A stretch of DNA of 64,000 nucleotides from Yuukianura sp. NJ FZ-2021 (Eukaryota): assembly GCA_046563655.1 (NCBI GenBank), contig CM102290.1, positions 10,354,001 to 10,418,000 on the forward strand, written 5' to 3'. The position numbers and the translations under genes were made by a program. Shown one piece after another: positions 23,941-37,432 of the stretch (positions are counted from its first letter, which is position 1; the number at the start of each line of letters is the position of its first letter). A model generated the notes under the pieces. It did not search any database, was not told where the DNA came from, and worked only from the letters and a program-made list of their open reading frames with translations.

Positions 23941-25600
23941 TTTGTGATTTTAAGTAATAAATTAAACTATTTAACTAACTAAAGGCGAAAGTTTTTAAGA
24001 AACTGAAGGTCGTAAATTGTAATTTCCAGTAAAGTGACAATAAACTTATTTTGATAAGCGCGAAACGCTTCTGGCGTCAGTATTTCTTCAAAATTTTCAA
24101 AGGCGCAAAATTCAAAAGTCAAAAAAATAATTTAGAAGGGTTGGCCAGTTTCTGCCTTACTCGCAGAATTAGGTAGCAAGGATGAAAAAGTAGGCACTTG
24201 AAAGACACAAAGCTTAGCACAAACTATCTTGGATATTAGCTACTTGAAACTTCATAGTTTACCTAGTACCCTTTTTTATCTACTTTAATATGATTACTAA
24301 TACCTACTACATATCGCTATTCCTTACATTAGGTGCTAATGTTAACTTTTCAGTAGCTTTTTCAACGTCTTCAACTTCGCTTACCAACCAATTCTAAGAA
24401 AATCTGCACGACTAAACTTATAGTTCTGAGTGTCCTCCTTTCGCCTCCATTAAAACAAACAGAAACCTTGTGTAACTAAGCAGTTCCTTTGCGCATGTAA
24501 TACTTATCTAGGCAGTCGTATGAAAGAATTTTAGAGGTTATTGTGCTGATCAGAAGTAGTTTCCGAGTTTTAAAACCGCCAAGGAAACTTCCTCTGCAGT
24601 CTTTTCAAAACTCGGGACATAGTTCTGTGCAGAACGATAGTTAAACAAAAAGTTTATATGAAGGATATTTGGTGTCATGAAGTAGTGGTCAACCAACGAG
24701 TATACATGTTAGTTTCCGTTTGATATCCTGGTTACACCTAATTCAGTGGGGTAGGCAGATACTGTCCATCCAAAATTTAACTTCATAGCATTCAGACCTT
24801 TAGTCGGACCCCACTCCGGTATTCGAGATTTACGCGGGAACTGCTGCTGAAAATTCAAAAGTGTGAAATCAAAACAAAGCAATCAATCACATCGAAGACT
24901 AATCATTCATTTTTCAATTAGCGGCTACGACTCCAAAAGTAATTAATATACCTACTGGTACTTATTAATTGGTTCATTACTATCGCAGGTTTTGAAGGAA
25001 AAGAAGGTGTGTTTTGCAGTTTGCCAGGTCAGTTCACTTTTATCGAAATTTGGAGTTTTCAGTGGAAGGAAGTTAAACTACAGTTTGTGTAAATTGTATG
25101 ATTGTATTTTATAGGACAGTAGAACTCAGCTGGGATTTGTCTACAGTCTTTACGCAGTGTTTACAGTGTTTCTCTTTCTCCCGTTATCAACGTAAGTAAT
25201 TAGTAATTGGCCTTGATCTGACTCTAACTTTCATACATTACAGAGTGGAGTTGGAGTTAGTTTAAGTTTCGTTTAATGGTGGGTTAAGTTCAAAAAGTCA
25301 TCTTAAGACTTTTGTAGATTTAGACACACGTATCGAATGAGTATGAAGTCTAGGATCTAGAAGATCGAACTACAGTATTAGCGTAACGTTGATAGCATCT
25401 CTGAAGTTACCTAATGCCTCCAATTTTTGGAACTTAAGAATAATTTTGATCTAGATTTATATTATTAGATAGATAAGCCGGATTCTGCGTGTTTGCCACT
25501 GTCGGTATTCACGATGGTGGTATACAGTAACTGAAGTACTTAGAAATGAGTGCGAATTACAGCCAGTTAATTGGTTTTATTGATTCTATTATTGTATAGG

Positions 25601-26107
25601 ATGGTGCAGCTCAATTTAAAAGAAGTCAATGAAGAGCTGGATACAATTCTCGTACGTCAGCTGACCCTTATCCAGGAATACTGCAGTCTCAGTGGAGAAT
25701 TGTCCACAATCATGTCCCGCGGCTTTGTTCAGATTGCCAAATCCAGAATGGTGCTAGGTCAAGCACCTCTATCACCTTCTACCGAGGATTCAGCGGAAGC
25801 CCTACTTACTGTAACAAGAGAAGGACGTAACCAGGTCCCATCTGAGGAATCCAACGACAAATCAGCAACACTGTGCTACTCCATTCCTGAAGAAGAACAA
25901 AAGAAGTACTTAGCGAAGCTGCGACATCGAATTGGAGGGTTCATGTCTCCAGGGTCATTGTCGGTTGCCCAGGAACGATTCGTTGCTGCTTTGGAGAGAT
26001 CTATCGAACTGGTCAATGTCCAACAAGAACTTATACGAGCAAGTGAGAGGTATAGCGAGCTGATGACTACGAAACAACAACTTATGATTGGTAACGTCGA
26101 GCAATGA
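25601..26107 (+). CDS. CCDC115: CCDC115 / Vma22 V-ATPase assembly factor, single coding exon, 168 aa
   Basis: MVQLNLKEVNEELDTILVRQLTLIQEY...MSRGFVQIAKSRMVLG and C-terminal GGFMSPGSLSVAQERFVAALERSIELVNVQ fit the Vma22/CCDC115 pattern. The ATG lies 1 nt after a splice acceptor (tgtatag/gATG), implying a spliced 5'UTR. Confidence 0.8.
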   Translation: MVQLNLKEVNEELDTILVRQLTLIQEYCSLSGELSTIMSRGFVQIAKSRMVLGQAPLSPSTEDSAEALLTVTREGRNQVPSEESNDKSATLCYSIPEEEQKKYLAKLRHRIGGFMSPGSLSVAQERFVAALERSIELVNVQQELIRASERYSELMTTKQQLMIGNVEQ

Positions 26108-27326
26108 TTTGGACAATGGTATGTTATGTTATGTATTTATCTCTTTCTTCTCGTTTCCTTGAAATGGAGGAGTAACTAATTACTCTAATTAAGCGTATTT
26201 AAACTTTCAATTTGAAATTAAAAGCTCTCACTTTGACGAATCATGTGCTATATCACAAAATTCTCTTTTAATCTAATGGACGCGATTTTACAGGCACCCT
26301 GTCTCTCATTTATTTCCTTTTTTCTAAGCATCTCGCATTCTCTCAACTGCTTTGCTCGCTCCTTCTGAGTGAAAGCTCAACCCTGCTTTCACCGTGCTGC
26401 AGACTGCAATAAGTAATTACTGATTATCTATTGTTGATACCACCGTATGATAAATATGGTAGTAGTGATTGCCAGTTTATTAGCATAACTAATGAACTTT
26501 GTATTTGTAATTTCAGGTGATATGCAGAGATGCCAAGTGATCTTCCAACGGACGCTCCCTTGCTACGACGTATTTTTTCCTTGGCGTGAATGAAAGAGGA
26601 TTTGTGACAGATGGAAGGAAACGGAACGTGGGATAATAAGTGCAGGGACCGGGGTGAGTGCTGTAGGCCATGAGTCATGGACGATGGTAAATGAATGTTC
26701 CATGGAAGGCAAAACGAGGGGTGGCTATTGACAATTTAATAGGTTTTCAGAACCTTACCTTTGCTTTCCATGAATACACTGTGTGCAGGGGCAGTTTGTC
26801 TACCTTCCACAAGGTAATAAAAACTGTTTCCCGTTCTAAAGCAGACCTTCGTTTTCTGCCTTCCTGGCTTACGAGCTACCCGAAACAGTCTGTACTGCAT
26901 AATCCTAAAAACTACAGCAGGACGAATTGCATCAGGTTTTGCTCAGTCTACGACAAGGTTTGTCTAAAACACGTAAGCACGTTCCAGTTTTTTTAGAATT
27001 GTGTACGTGAACGACGTATCAAGAAGGGGTAAGTTCCGTGAGTCAGGTCTGGAACGTAAGCTAACTCCTTTTGTCAGTTGGGGAAAGCGTGGGATTTTGC
27101 TTCTTGCGGCTCTAGGAACTCCGCCCATTCGGCTGGAGAAAGTCTGAAATCATTCTCTTCTTTTAATTCCAGATACACTACTCGAGTCGTCTGAACAAGT
27201 CGGTCCACTTCTTACTGTGACGCTCAAGCACGAACAAAGGCTCAACCCTAGTCTCCTTGTCTTCTGCTCATCCGTTGGCTCCAATCCAGGCTACGCTCCG
27301 TCCTGAAAGTTACTCCGTCTCAACAG

Positions 27327-27339
27327 AGGTCATTGAACT
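27327..27339. promoter_or_regulatory. Ecdysone response element-like IR1 palindrome AGGTCATTGAACT
   Basis: Exact match to RGKTCANTGAMCY, 20 bp upstream of the ATG of the distal Jupiter first coding exon. Motif match only. Confidence 0.4.
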
Positions 27340-27358
27340 TGGAATACATTAGGAGAAG

Positions 27359-27402
27359 ATGAGTTTCATCATGAAGGAATCCAATGGCAAGACGGCCTCC
27401 AG
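27359..27402 (+). CDS. Jupiter: Jupiter alternative first coding exon A (MSFIMKESNGKTAS-R)
   Basis: ATG...GCC TCC AG/gtgagt is a strong phase-2 donor matching the phase-2 acceptor at 48904, giving ...KTASRVTKPPGG, like the S-R/K-V-x-x-PPGG start of Jupiter/HN1. Acceptor at 27172. Confidence 0.7.
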
Positions 27403-28555
27403 GTGAGTATCACTATCTCTTGTTTTTAGTAAGTAGGAGACTAAAATGCTAACTTATTTAAGTAGAACCTGAAATGACTGAGGACGAGGGTGAAGTTTAG
27501 TAGGCGTCGTGGGGTTCTTTGACTTAAGTTCATCTATTGCCTCATCTCCATCGCCTAACGGAATGGGAATGGGACAATGGTTGGAATTGGAAAGTAAAGA
27601 ACTAGAATGATGAAGTCAGAAAATAGCATGGCCAAAACTAAAGTTCAATTCCGTCGTCCATAGTCGTTTGCGAGAGAAGTTAGGGGTTCAGTGCAGGGTT
27701 CGTTGGTCTGTTGGTTTCGTGTGTTCGTTTTTTGATAAAAAAAAAAGCTGGTTTATGGTTTAGATCTGGTTTGTATTGAAAAGAGTTTAAGTTTAAACCA
27801 CGTTTCGAATGAATTGAAACCAACCGAACCCTGGGTCAAAGTCACAGTCAGTTCTGGGTGGAGTTGTTGCGAGACGCTAATCCATTATCACAAATCACAA
27901 TTCCAGTGGAGTTTCCACAATTGATTCAATTCAATTGAATCAATTGTGAAACTAACAGGTCAAGTTTGTTAGGCGAACAACATCATGTAGTGAAAGGAAG
28001 TTGAACCTCGTTTCTCTGTATTGTAATGACATCAGCAGATGAAGTGAAGAAGGGAGTTATCTGGGTTGGTTCAAGATAAATTGGCCCTCTAAACCAGTAG
28101 TTTGTGTAATTTGTAATTAGTAGTTCAAGGCGTTGAGTATTGATTAGTTTAACACCCCGCTCCTGTAATTGGGAAGTTGCGATGATCAACTTTGTGCCCT
28201 TTGGGATAAATAGTGCATAGTGAATGTTCACAGGGTAAAGTACATGGACGTTGATCGCAAATTACACGTCATCTCATTGCAGAAAAAAAAACAATTTTTG
28301 ATCTCGTGCAAAATTTCCACCTCTTACTGAAAAATCTGCATGAGATCGAACTGCTTTTCCAGTTTTTAGCAACCACTCAACTCATCTCCAACGTTCATGA
28401 ATTTCACCAACTCCTCCAAATTGCACCAATTTCGCAATTGGACTCATCGTTCATCTCCTATTTAGCCCTAGGCCAAAGCAAATCCCATTCTTCAATGTTA
28501 GGCTTACCGCAAACCAAAAGTCTAGTAACGCCTGCATACCTTTACTAACATAGGC

Positions 28556-28848
28556 TGTACCATAACTCCCTTTTCTCAAAAATTGCAAAACAAAAATTCT
28601 TTAAAAAAAAACAAAGGATAATTTTTTAAACTAAGAACAAAAAAAATTATTTTTTTTTGTGCCAATTTTGTTTTAGTACAGCCATAACTCAAACTAATCT
28701 CTGCCAGATTTAGTTTTTGCTTAAAATTGCAATTTGCAAAATCATATATGCAGATAAGCGAAAGATCGAAAATAAAATTCAGTTTTTAAGTTTTTCAGTT
28801 TAAAAAAAAATAAATCCAAAGAATTTTAAGAAATGGAGTTATGGTACA
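28556..28848. mobile_element. MITE-like element, ~293 bp
   Basis: Perfect 14-bp terminal inverted repeats TGTACCATAACTCC (28556-28569) and GGAGTTATGGTACA (28835-28848), extending imperfectly inward; AT-rich non-coding interior. No clear target-site duplication. Confidence 0.5.
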
Positions 28849-30239
28849 AACTGTGAAGGGAAAATGGAGTTAAACCTTGCATCCTACCGCTTCATCTCAT
28901 CATCAGTAACGATTATTGTTGTTTTGTGGAAGTTGTGTAGGTGTCGCCTTGTATTCTTATTATCCGTAACGGTTGGGCTCTGCTTGACGTTGAGCGTGTT
29001 GATCTGTTGCTCAATTTGGTTGGTTGATGTCTACGGTCATTAGCATTAAGGTTATTAAGGCTCTAAAGTCAATTGGATTGAGTGGTAGTAGGAGTTTGAA
29101 TGGATTTGAGTGATGAAAAGTGGGGATATGACTAATTGCTTTGCCACACCAACATAACAATGGGTTTGAATCGATGTGCATGTTCCAAGGACGTCAAAAT
29201 TGTCTCCGATTCCGGAACTGATCTGGGAAGAACGGGCTTTTGTGCACAGATCGTAGTTGGAACATGATTCGGAAGATGGGAAGGGCGGAATTAATGCGGA
29301 AATGCAACGATGGAACCCTAAGATTAATTCAAAATAGGAGAGAAAGTGGAGGGGAGAGACTTTCTCCCTCGCCCAAGTCGTTATTCCTCTTGCTTCAAAA
29401 ATCCCATGTTCAAATGATGTTAGACAGATCACTTTTTTTTTTGGTTTATCAAATGCTGGGGCGTGATTTGTTTTAAAATGTTATTTTAGAGTCGTCTGTG
29501 AGAGGGTTGGTTGTTCTGTTTTTAATTGAGCTCTTAAGGGCTAGGAACATGGGAGTTAATGGGGATTTGACAAAGTGCTTATCCCGTCAAGTTTTTGAAA
29601 CACGCAGCAAAATTTAGTAATTTAATGGGTTTTGCTCGTGTGTCTTTGAAAGACATGACATGATCCAGTTAGTTCCTTTTCGTCTGCTGATTCACTCAAA
29701 TTCTGCTCGTGATTTTTAGGATGAAGTGAAATGGCTCATAAAAATTATTATTATGTTGAGTTAAGCAATTTTTGCATAATGCTGACGATTTGAGTAGAGG
29801 ATTGACTTGTTTTTGGTTAGAATGACGCAGTTTTCGTGGATGCAGTCAGAACTATTGGATGCATTTGGTTTTGTGTATGCAACTGTCGGATCGATTTCGT
29901 TTTTTTTTTACTTTCTTTTGTTGTTGCCTTTTAGGGCGTAGTTCATTTGGAAGTTTGTAGTTGGTTTGTTTGGTAGTGAAAAACGGTGGGGTTGACGGAA
30001 AGACGGAATACTTGCTGTATTATGCATGTGCTTCTGCCCGAAATGTCGGTGGTGACTTTGAACCACATTGGTTTTTTTCTTTCAGTGTCAAACCATATGC
30101 AGAAATGAGTTGCTTTTTTTCCATTTTTCAAATGAGGCTAAAATAAAAGAGATTATGGTAAATATGCAACGTCAAAACAATTTTATGGACAGGAAAATTT
30201 TAATTTTTGTGTCATTCATTTCTTCAGCTTGGGGATTAA

Positions 30240-30470
30240 GATTTCCATGTTGAGTCCGTTTGATTTTCATGTTCAGAATTTCTATGTTGAAAATTTTGAT
30301 TTTCATGTTGAGGATTGCGATTTCCATGTTCAGAATTTTGAATTTCGTTTCAGGTGAGGATGATGATTTCCATGATGAGAATTTTGATTTCCATTTTGAG
30401 AATTTTGAATTCCAGGTCGTAGAATGGGATTTCCAGGTTGAGGATTTAGAATGAGGATTTTGGAATTTGT
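30240..30470. repeat. Degenerate 21-bp minisatellite (approx. GATTTCCATGTTGAGAATTTT)
   Basis: Consecutive units gatttccatgatgagaatttt / gatttccattttgagaatttt / gaattccaggtcgtagaatgg / gatttccaggttgaggattta. This explains the low-complexity ORFs at 30172-30612 and 30260-30454. Confidence 0.7.
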
Positions 30471-33400
30471 ATTTTTGGTTTTTGACTATGAGGGCTGAGG
30501 ACTTCTTCACCTTATGGATTGACCTCTGACAGACGTAGTATAGGTAGGGGAAAGCAAAGTAATTGATTGGGGTTGGAAGGCCATGGCGGGAAATGAACGT
30601 TTTGGGAAACATTTTGAAGGAAAAGTAGAAAGTGAGGCTCGTAGGAATGGATATTGTGGGGACGAAATGTTAGGTTTTAGGTGCTCTCCAGGAAAAGTTG
30701 GATTGGAAAAGTACAAGAGATGAGTCACGAATGAAGGAAAGGCAATGCCTCGGAGGAGAAAGTCCGCTTTGACTCACTTCCCAACGCATCTTGTCAATTT
30801 TCGCTTGGTTTCCAGATATATCCAGGGATGTTGGATGACTCAATTTACGTCCATTCCGTATCTCTTTTCCAGAAAGTAGTTTTTGTGCAAAGTGGAAGAA
30901 CAAAGATATTGTTCGTTTCAAACAGTTTTTTGGCTGTTGTTGGTTGTGCTCCACTTGTTGGTTGATCTCAAACAGGAAGATGGATTGAAACACTGCAGGG
31001 TAGTGTTTGCAGGATGATGTCATTGGGATCAGAAGCGTTTCAGTGCCGGTGACGCATTGGTGGCAACAGTTGACTCTGTCCATGACTCATGGTTCTTTGA
31101 ACTATTAGGTTTCATTTATTTTGTGGTGTTTATGTTTGAGAGACGACTAAAAGCATTAAAAGTTGGTGTTAGGAGAATCCAAGTATGAATTAAGGACGAG
31201 GAGTCATTGGGCAGGAAAGAATTTGGCAATAAGAAGATGTGGAGAGGATGCACTTTTGTTTGGATTATAATCTGCTGGCTGGTTGCCTGTTTAGTTGTGC
31301 TTTAGGGTCAAGTCCAAGTAGACTAAAAGGTCAAGTCCATAAATCTCAAACTCACTTTATTATTATTTTAGTGTTTTTGACTTTGTTTCTGTTTCGAGAT
31401 GGAAAGATGATTGGGAGGTTTGGTTAGTTAAAAGGTGATGTTTTTAGTTTAAAACAAGCAGGAATTCCAACTTCTGCAACAATTTCATGTTGTTTAGTGC
31501 TAGGTTGAAGTAATTAGATTGTTGTGGCTGGGAGTAGGAGTGATGTGATCGTGAGGTTGGAATTTGTACAAGTTGTAATTTAGAATATATGGCTTAATAG
31601 AGATGAATTGGAGTGGTGATTGGGTTAAGTACACTGGGTGAAGTAGTTAGGTTTAATAACTGTAGTTAAGCTTACTGCCATTTCACTAGTAAAACCAGCC
31701 TCCAATCAACCCTTAATTGTTAATTCAGTTGGTTTTAATCAACATTTAATCAAGAACATACACTTGATCAGTTGATCGTACGTGGTTGATGGCCCAAGGA
31801 CGAAGTTAACCTAGTCCGTGAGAAATTGGACCTTGACATACTACTACTCCCAGTTTTTCCGACTGTGGGGAGTGGTCGGGAATCAATCAAATTAAAGATT
31901 CCAATCAAGATTGGCCAATAAGTATTGTAGAAAAAAAAGCCTATGTTATATCTATGATCCAGATTTGGTCAAACGTTGAAAACGCAAGAGGTCAAAATAT
32001 CAAATATCAAAAGTGTCGAAAATAAAAATTTGACAAAAGTGAAAAGGAGAAAAATTGATGAAAATTGGAAGGATCTGAACTTAATGATTTGTAAACTTTG
32101 ACATTTTCACTTTTTACTTTTTGACTGTTTCATTCTTGGCCATTTTACGTTTGACATTTCTACTTTTGACCATTTTATGTTTCGTATTTTCACTTTTGAC
32201 CAAATTATTGTGTCCGTTACCTTCTAACAGAAAAAACTTGGAAAGTTGAGAGTTAGTGCTGGTTTGGTCTTTTACTTGCTTAAGGATTGAGATGCAGATG
32301 AGCGTAGAATTGTCTCGCTTTCTTCCAATAATCTGGATAGATAATCTGCACAGATTCAAATTCTTAATTTAAATTGTATCTAAAAAGACTGTGAAGTGAG
32401 GAAGAAAACAATGAAGATTATTTGGAGCTTGACAAATTATGAAAGGAACGCTTCCGCTGCACCGCCACAGAAGCGGCACATAGAGAAAGTTAAGTTTTTG
32501 ATGCTATTCTAAAATGCATATTTTCTTTCTGTGAAATCTGAGACTGCGCTGAGATGGAGATGGTTTTAAGAATTTTATTGTTTGAGATGTGAAGCTGCGG
32601 GATGTAAATACTAAAGGAAGATGCTGTTCATTGAAGCCTGTCTTCACGCCCATTAAACTTTGATTTGGTCCACAGATAAAGTTGATTCTCCTCCACCAGG
32701 TCCTAGTCCTCTCGTCGTCACTCGCGGCCATTTCTCCCCCAGCGACTCTTGTCAATTTGAGCATTTCCAAAATTCTGCACAAATTGACACTGACGGACAT
32801 TGAATTTCCTTTTGTTGTGATTTTGGAAGTTGTCTTGAGGAAAGTATAATTGGAGCTCCATTGTTATTTTTTAGATGTGTAATAATTGAGGGTTTGGTGA
32901 AGCAGATTTTTTGAGCGTTGTGGGAAGAGGAACAAAAGGAATTTGCAAGGAATGGAAGTGATGGAAGCGCTGCATGGGAGGAGTAATTAAGCGTCTCTCA
33001 ATTACAAATTCTCAGGAATACCACCTCTGTCAGACGTACACAAAGGAGCGGTTTCAATTTTTGAATGTTCCCACCTCCTGTAGCCGCTAATTTAGTTTTT
33101 GAATTCATCCGAGCTCATATTGAGACTCCACAATTAACATCACCCCCGCAGCCATCAATCTTGAGAAACAGCGGAGTTTGTGGGGTTGGCTTATTGCTTC
33201 CGGTTCGGCATTTTCAATGGATTTTTGTTTCGCTTTGCAATATGGGAACTGTTTTGAAACTGAGGTTTTTGGCTCGTTTTTTGTTTGAAATTTTGAAATT
33301 ATGGTTAGTGATTTGTTGGAGGAGATTCGGACATGGTTGAGATGTGAGGGAAAGTGATGAGATGGTTGAGCCTGAGGATGATGAATGGAGTGGAAGTGGT

Positions 33401-34836
33401 GCTTACTGGGCTTATCACCTTGAATCTCCAAGTATCATTGACATCTGACGAAAGTACGAGTGCTGCAACTGCACCGCTAAAGTTCTATTTTCAGGACCAC
33501 TTCAATACAGTTTTCGAGTTTTCTAAAAATTTGGGAATTTAAGATACTCGAAGTCGAAATTTCGTGCTAAAAGGAATCTTTTTAGGATGAAATCCGAAGT
33601 TTGAGCTTTGAGAATTCTAGATTTTGAGGTGGGAGGGAATGAGGGAAAGGTGTGGCATTTCAGTTAATGTGCAACAAGTGTTGAGATGAGTAGTTAAGAT
33701 TATTAATTGAGATTGATGTAGATTGAGTGTCAAGATGAAATGATAAAGTGGCTAAATTGCATTGGCAGTTAGTGATTTAGTGTAGAACGTACGCAAATGA
33801 GGGATACATCCCGTTGCTACCCCCTTGCAGTAGAAATGAATGTAGTTTTGCTAAGAATTATTTAGTTGGGGTTATTATTTGAAATACTACGGTAACGGAC
33901 AAGGTGTGTTGGCTGAATTTTGTGGTAAAATGGAGGGTTTAGGTTTAGGCAAGGCTAAATGGCTGCTTGACTGGCTGAATATTGCTCAAATGCTGTTCTC
34001 TTTGTGATGGGAAGTGGTGATGAGTTGCATCCGTTCCTCTAAAATGCAACTGATCCAACCATCACAAACTGTTTCAACCGTGTCATCAGGGTTAGGATCA
34101 TCACACTAACAATCGGAACATGTTTAGGTTGACTAACTTGATTCTTTAGTAGGCTCATTTCTGTTAGTGTATAGCTTAGGTATTCCGAACATAGATTGGA
34201 CAGAGATGACAAATTGTTTTGGGAAATGGGAGTGGGGAATCGTGCGGGGAAAATAGTTTTTGCATGAGCATTCCTTCCCACCTTTTTCCCAACTCCATCA
34301 CAATGTCTTGTAAATGCAATGCAAAATTGTCGGTTCTTTTGTGTTAAGATGTATTTTCTAAAAATAAAACTCGTGCTCTGTGGAGTGGAAACTGAGGTGA
34401 TTTTTGTTAAGAAATCTTTGGAGGCTTTTTTTTTAGCTTAGAGCGGAGAAATTCAATTTGTAAATGCAAAATTTGCTGCGATTTCGAAACCAATTTTCGG
34501 AAAATTGCAAAGACGCAATTGTTTGTGTTGGGATATTTCCATTGAAATTGGATTTCACTTTAACATTTTTTTTTCTGTTTGTGAATAGAGGTGGAATTAA
34601 AATTTTCAATTTTCGTGACTTCTTAACTAGGCTGAATTATCTGTCTGTCCTTGAAAACAAATTAATGTTTGTGGAAAAGTTTGATCAATTGGCGAGTTGT
34701 TGTGAGTTGAGGGTAGAAATTGAGAAATTATGAAATTTTGTTTACTCATCTCTGTAGTTTTCTGAATTTAATTTTTTCTAAAGTCGAAATTGATCTGGAT
34801 CCAATTATTGTGAGACTGTCGTCATTCCGTATAATA

Positions 34837-35132
34837 ATGGCTGACTCAGGTAACCTGAATGGCTCACGTGGAACAAGTGATGATGACAGACGCATTTCCA
34901 TGATGGGTGGGGAGGTTTCCTGTGATTTAGAATCGTTTTTAACTTTTTCCCATGAAAATTTCAAGGGTCCAGGGAATCTTGTTCTTGGAATTTTAAATTT
35001 TAAAATCCAAGAAAGTGTGACGAATAAGATGAAAATTCAGGGAACGAACAATATCTCTCTCAGCAGCATCAGCATCGTCCGTGCTCCATTGAATTCCAGA
35101 TTGCCTTTACAAAGCCCTGCAAGCAGATTTAG
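34837..35132 (+). CDS. Jupiter: Possible Jupiter alternative first coding exon B (MADSGNLNGSRG...QSPASRF-R), possibly with an internal intron ~34915-35040
   Basis: Open frame from ATG 34837 ends TTT AG/gtagat, a phase-2 donor compatible with the acceptor at 48904. The donor is weaker and no homology was recognised. Confidence 0.4.
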
Positions 35133-37277
35133 GTAGATGTACCACAATTTTGTTATGAAAAGAAAAAGAAGTTTGAAGTTTAATTTTTTTGGAGAAAAAG
35201 TTTCCGAACTTGAAACTCTAAAAAAAGAAGTTTTTTTACGATGGTCAAATCTTAAGATAGAACTTGGATTGGCCACCTAGCTGAAGGCTGGAAGCTTAGA
35301 AAATGGAAATTTTGATTAAAATTGCTTAGAGTGCAGTGGCCCGGGAGTTTGAATCTCCCTTGAGGTCGTCGTGAATTGCCTCGTTCGTTGGACTATTTTT
35401 AAGAAAGTAATAAAGGCACGACTGAGATTTAAAATTTGCAAGAAACGAAGAAGCCCAGAGGAGAGAGCGATTATTTCGTGAGAAGTGTTTTTGTATCTGA
35501 GATTGAGAGTCAGAGCCCCATGCCTAATCGCTTTCCGGAATGACATGTCCAAAGGAAGATGACGAAGGAGGATGACAAATAGGTTGCTGCACTTCTCCTT
35601 CTGCTGCCATCCGAAAATGATCCACTTCAAAGAACCTTCTTCGTCATCTTCCCCAAAAGCCAAAAAAAACTTTCTCATTTCGAAGGAAATTGGTAGTGCA
35701 ATTTGGGAATTTTCAATATACAGCCTGTTAAAAATTGTAGAAACAAGAATGCAGAATTTCCAACCAATTAGAAGATGTGAGAGAGTGTTGTTCTGTTGAA
35801 GATCGTAGCGTAACTAAAATGAGGAAGTTGAATTAAGTTGATGTTTTTAGAGAAAACGTGAGTAGTAAAAGTGGAGGATGTGTTTGTGAATGGAACTATT
35901 TTTAAAAAGTTAAACACCCTTTCAAAATGTATTTGAAAATTGTTGTGAATTGGTGGTTGTAAAAGTGGAAGTCCGTGGGAAACTGAACTGTTGAGGTTTT
36001 CTTTCTCTTTAAATTTTTTTTGGTGATTCGTAGTTTGTTGAATTTGATTTTTGAGAGTGTTGATGTGGGTAAAAAGTATAATGAGAAAAGGGAATTAACC
36101 GCAACTCCTCAAGTAACTCTTGCTGCGGTTTTCTCAAAATGAGGATCCCAATTGTACTTGGTTTCCATTGTGTCTTTTTTACCTTTGTGGTTTTCACTTA
36201 TGTTGAGAGATGAATATCCATCTTCCGTCTGAATTTGATTCGGAGATCACATCAGTTCGAAGGAAACGACTACAATTGCTCCCAAGCAGCACAATTTCTG
36301 CACAACTTTGCTTTTCCTGGGAACAGCATAAGGATTCAGTTGTTTTTGAAAAGAAATGAATAAATTCCGATGTCGAATTGAAAAACGAATTCCGGAATGG
36401 TGTTGTTTAAAAGCGAATTCCGAAATTGTGTTGTTTAAATTCATTGGATTGGAGTCCATATAGAGCAAGTTGAGTTGAGATCCATGTACGGCTGTTGGTT
36501 GGAATTATTCAATTTGAAAAATGTGCGTTTTCCATCCAGAAATTGTGGAGAGGCTCCAAGGGGCGTCCGAGTTCTCCCTGGAATTCTCATGATCTCGGCT
36601 GGACAAGAGAGAGTCCTGCGGAGATCCAGACTCTTGTAAATTATGCTTAGGCGGATGTCAGGGCACTCAATTGAGAAATGTATACAATAAAGTTCCCGAT
36701 TCAACTTGAGAGTTTCCACAATTTAAAAAAAACGAAGCGTTTGAAGAAAAAAATTTTTTCTGGGGATGAACAAATTTTATTTTGAGGTTTTGAATAAGTT
36801 TAGTTTAGTTGAATAAGTTTGTGTGGTCATAAATTGTAATTAGGAGAGTACTATATGTTTTTGTGTAAATTGGGAATTGTATGATTGCCCAATGGTGGTA
36901 GTGATGATGAGGAGAGTGGTAAATGGCTTAAGTGTTGTAATTGTGAGGAACCACAGATACCGCAAATGGCCCTTACGTCTTGCTTTTTCTCATTTTCCTC
37001 TTGTGGTTGGGCTAGGTTGATGAGACTCATTAGGTTTGTGAATTAGGGGGACCCTGGAGGGTCAATGGCGTGACCCTTGGCTTGGAAATGTGTTACTATG
37101 TTGGAGGTTTCCAGAATTTCAAGGACGGTTGTGTGTATTTCAATTTGTTTTCTGTACAGAAATCTAAAGTAAGCATGTTACTGCAAGTTTCAGTTAGATT
37201 AGGTTCATACATTTACAAATTTCAGGGTAGAGTTAACGTAAGGTTCGTAAAATTTTAATAATGTTCATTCAATTTTT

Positions 37278-37432
37278 CATGCTTAGATTTTGACGTATTC
37301 AGGTTTTTTCCTGCTTAGATTTTGGCGTATTTAGGTTTTGGCCTGGTTAAATTTTCTCGTCGTTAGACTCGCGTCCGTTTAGATTTTGGCGTAATTCAGG
37401 CTTTGCGTTGCGTAGAATTTTGTTGTCTAAAT
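37278..37432. repeat. Degenerate short-period tandem repeat (ttagattttgRcgtattYagg-like units)
   Basis: Recurring gcttagattttgacgtattcagg / gcttagattttggcgtatttagg / tttagattttggcgtaattcagg. Confidence 0.55.

Noticed and set aside
24300..24850. Short minus-strand peptide-like stretches (e.g. NWLVSEVEDVEKATEKLTLAPN, NYVPSFEKTAEEVSLAVLKLGNYF)
   Set aside because: Could not be joined into a consistent spliced ORF and no family was recognised; probably a CCDC115 5'UTR intron or promoter region.
29055..36719. Minus-strand ORFs of 90-140 aa inside Jupiter introns (29055, 30670, 32504, 35316, 36441)
   Set aside because: No recognisable domains and no coherent splice chain; lengths are compatible with chance.
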